64,000 bases of DNA from Octopus sinensis. Its lineage: Eukaryota. Of this stretch, positions 62,798 through 64,000 are shown piece after piece. Where the stretch lies: contig NC_043010.1 in NCBI RefSeq assembly GCF_006345805.1, forward strand, positions 2,480,001 through 2,544,000, written 5' to 3'. The translations under genes and the position numbers were made by a program. Every line of letters starts with the position of its first letter. The first letter of the stretch is position 1. The notes beneath the pieces were generated by a model that was given only the letters and a program-made list of their open reading frames with translations, was not told the DNA's origin and did not search any database.

Positions 62798-64000
62798 TGT
62801 AGGGAATTAGTAATAATGGTACACCCCTCCCATGTGATGAATGGAATAACCTAGTCACTCTAAGTAAAGCAAAGTACGTGAAGTACCAGAGTACGTCATA
62901 GACAGTCAGAGATAGTGGTGTCTTTACTGATTTTATTAAGTATACTGTATACCGAAATGGGCGTTATAACAACCAAGCATTTTAAGGTTATGATAGTGGC
63001 AACGAGGATTTAAACAACTCTATGAGGAATTAATAAAATCTATGAGGAATTAACGACTCACAAGGAGGTAACAAAATCACAAAAGTTTTGTTGTGTGAAT
63101 TTTATGGGAAAAAAGTGGTAAAATCATGGAAAATTTGTCGGTCAGCTTACTCTTTTACTTGTTTCAGTCATTTGACTGCGGCCATACTGGAGCACCACCT
63201 TTAGTCGAGCAAATTGACCCCAGGACTTATTCTTTGTAAACCTAGTACTTATTCTATCAGTCTCTTTTGCCGAACTGCTAAGTTACAGGGACGTAAAGAC
63301 ACCAGCATCGGTTGTCAGGGTAGGTCAGCTACAAAGCTGATTTTTGCGAGGAATGTAAAATCAGCCTTTCATAAATTGCTGCCTGGCAAGAAAAGAAGAA
63401 GTGCCAGGGAAGACATAGCAAGATTCTTTAAAGTTGGTGAAAAGGAGTGTATGGAAAGCAGAGTTAGGAAGATGGTGTAATTTACCAAATGCATAGGTAA
63501 AATAATGTATTGGGTAAAAAGTAGAAAAGGCATACAAAAGAGACGCAGGAACCAACTGAAAAAGAAATTCGTGGAAAGTGAACCAAAGAAGTTGGAGGAA
63601 CCAATGGAATGGCTGTATGACATGTTCCAAGTACCCAATGCCTCCGCAGATGATTGAACCCAGGCATATACAAGTGAGAGGAAAAGAAAACATATAGAGT
63701 TCTGAGAACAGATGCCATGCACAAAAAATATTAATTTGTATGCAAAAAAGAAAAACTCAAAAAAGGAAGGTGGGGTGAATAAAAAAAAAATTATTGCTGA
63801 ATAAAATGATAGTTCCTAAGAAAAATATAAAATGGGGGATGGTAGGGAATTAGTAATAATGGTACACGCTTCCCATGTAGCAAATGGAATAACCTAGTCA
63901 CTATAAGTAAAGAGGAGTATGTGAAGTACCAGAGTACATAGTAGGAGGTCGGAGATAGTCATGTCTTTACTGGTTTTACTAAGTATACTGTATACTGAAG
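62798..64000 (+). mobile_element. Short non-autonomous LTR retroelement (Gypsy-like), 3' LTR cut by the window end
   Basis: Direct repeats 62799-~62960 and 63842-64000; PBS-like TGGCAACGAGGAT at 62997-63009; purine tract aaaatggggga just before the second repeat; gag-like remnant REDIARFFK...WVKSRKG...NQLKKKF. Confidence 0.75.
63148..63322 (-). mobile_element. 5'-truncated SINE family A inserted in the LTR element
   Basis: 3' half of A; flanked by the 8-bp direct repeat ggtcagct (63140-63147 and 63323-63330). Confidence 0.88.

Overview
Very AT-rich, microsatellite-dense eukaryotic DNA. The repeat content (tRNA-headed SINEs with internal (TA)/(TG) tracts, (GAT)n-tailed RTE-type SINEs, TTAACCCTTT MITEs) best fits an octopus or other coleoid cephalopod; this attribution is from recall, not a search. 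Nearly all listed ORFs are microsatellite or transposon artefacts. The only host-gene signal I can support is a minus-strand, phase-compatible three-exon chain (61636-61552, 58617-58571, 53233-52947). It has canonical splice sites and encodes an unidentified ~140-aa S/T/N/P-rich C-terminus, and its upstream exons probably lie beyond the window. The rest is a layered set of mobile elements: two piggyBac families with MITE derivatives, four Helitron pieces, R4/Dong, RTE, L1/Tx1 and CR1-like LINE relics, a Penelope GIY-YIG fragment with inverted pseudo-LTRs, a short Gypsy-like LTR element, a hAT MITE and at least five SINE families. The most notable signal is six minimal hammerhead-ribozyme-like motifs in Penelope-type repeats, all with an extra A before stem II and non-canonical core bases. 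Several long fold-back structures also lie downstream of the putative stop codon. SINE and relic boundaries are approximate (tens of bp). Indel-rich tandem arrays may partly reflect long-read assembly noise.
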